Assembly (NCBI GenBank): GCA_017302575.1
Contig: JAFLDD010000001.1
Coordinates: 1,365,409 to 1,429,408, forward strand
Origin: Alphaproteobacteria bacterium
Lineage (GTDB): Bacteria > Pseudomonadota > Alphaproteobacteria > Rickettsiales > UBA3002
Direction: 5' to 3'
DNA length: 64,000 nucleotides
Below the pieces are notes generated by a model. That model did no database searches, had not been told where the DNA came from, and saw only the letters and a program-made list of their open reading frames with translations. The position numbers and the translations under genes were made by a program. Positions 63,735 to 64,000 of this stretch are shown here, in pieces (within the stretch, counting starts at the first letter, position 1; the number at the start of each line of letters is the position of its first letter).

Positions 63735-64000
63735 TTAGGAGTGATTGCGGGCGCCGAATAATGCAGTGCCTACACGTATCATCGTAGCCCCAAAACGAAG
63801 CGCGGTTTCATAATCCCCACTCATGCCCATGCTAAGCTCAGCTAGTTGGTGCGTTCGTTTCAATTGGTACATTAGCGCAAAGTAGGGCGCTGGGTTCTCA
63901 CCCTCAGGCGGAATACACATGAGTCCGTGAATGGGCAGGCCAATTGTATGGCAATGTTCAAGTAGCGCGGCTAAGTCCTGCGGCAATACGCCTGCTTTTT
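63735..64000 (-). CDS. yggS: YggS-family PLP-binding protein (5'-truncated by window edge)
   Basis: KAGVLP..GLMCIPP..LSMGMSGDYETALRFGATMIRVGTALFG. Confidence 0.95.
   Translation of the reverse strand, partial: KAGVLPQDLAALLEHCHTIGLPIHGLMCIPPEGENPAPYFALMYQLKRTHQLAELSMGMSGDYETALRFGATMIRVGTALFGARNHS

Overview
A gene-dense alphaproteobacterial core-genome segment, about 65 CDS and one tRNA, with no CRISPR array, prophage or IS seen. It very probably spans the chromosomal replication origin, between hemE and the DUF299-aroE-coaE-dnaQ cluster (about 27.75-28.1 kb). Housekeeping content: trxB, an LsrB/VtlR-like LysR regulator, ychF-pth-rplY-prs, uvrC-pgsA, lgt-rfaD, proC, a phasin, an EnvZ/OmpR-like pair, mltA-Tim44-secB, hemEHJ-rho, mdh-sucCDAB-lpdA, putA, a sulfate ABC transporter, tRNA-Arg(CCT), icd, xerC, priA and atpHAGDC. 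Most notable observations: (1) a two-gene module against the tRNA-Arg 3' end, encoding a HAD-phosphatase-like domain fused to a divergent RelA/SpoT-like domain plus a translationally coupled 70-aa protein, which may be a toxin-immunity or alarmone module; (2) an unannotated, about 130-nt multi-hairpin sRNA candidate downstream of the LysR gene, with a perfect sigma54 promoter, an anti-Shine-Dalgarno loop and its own terminator; (3) PhaR-type operator boxes at several promoters, in identical position relative to the -10 box at the phasin and LysR genes; (4) two small intergenic repeat families with conserved hairpins; (5) orphan genes inserted into conserved operons (a zeta-toxin-like kinase, an acidic micro-lipoprotein in the suc operon, a 4-TM protein in the atp operon). 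All calls were made by eye from motifs and gene context; no searches were run.
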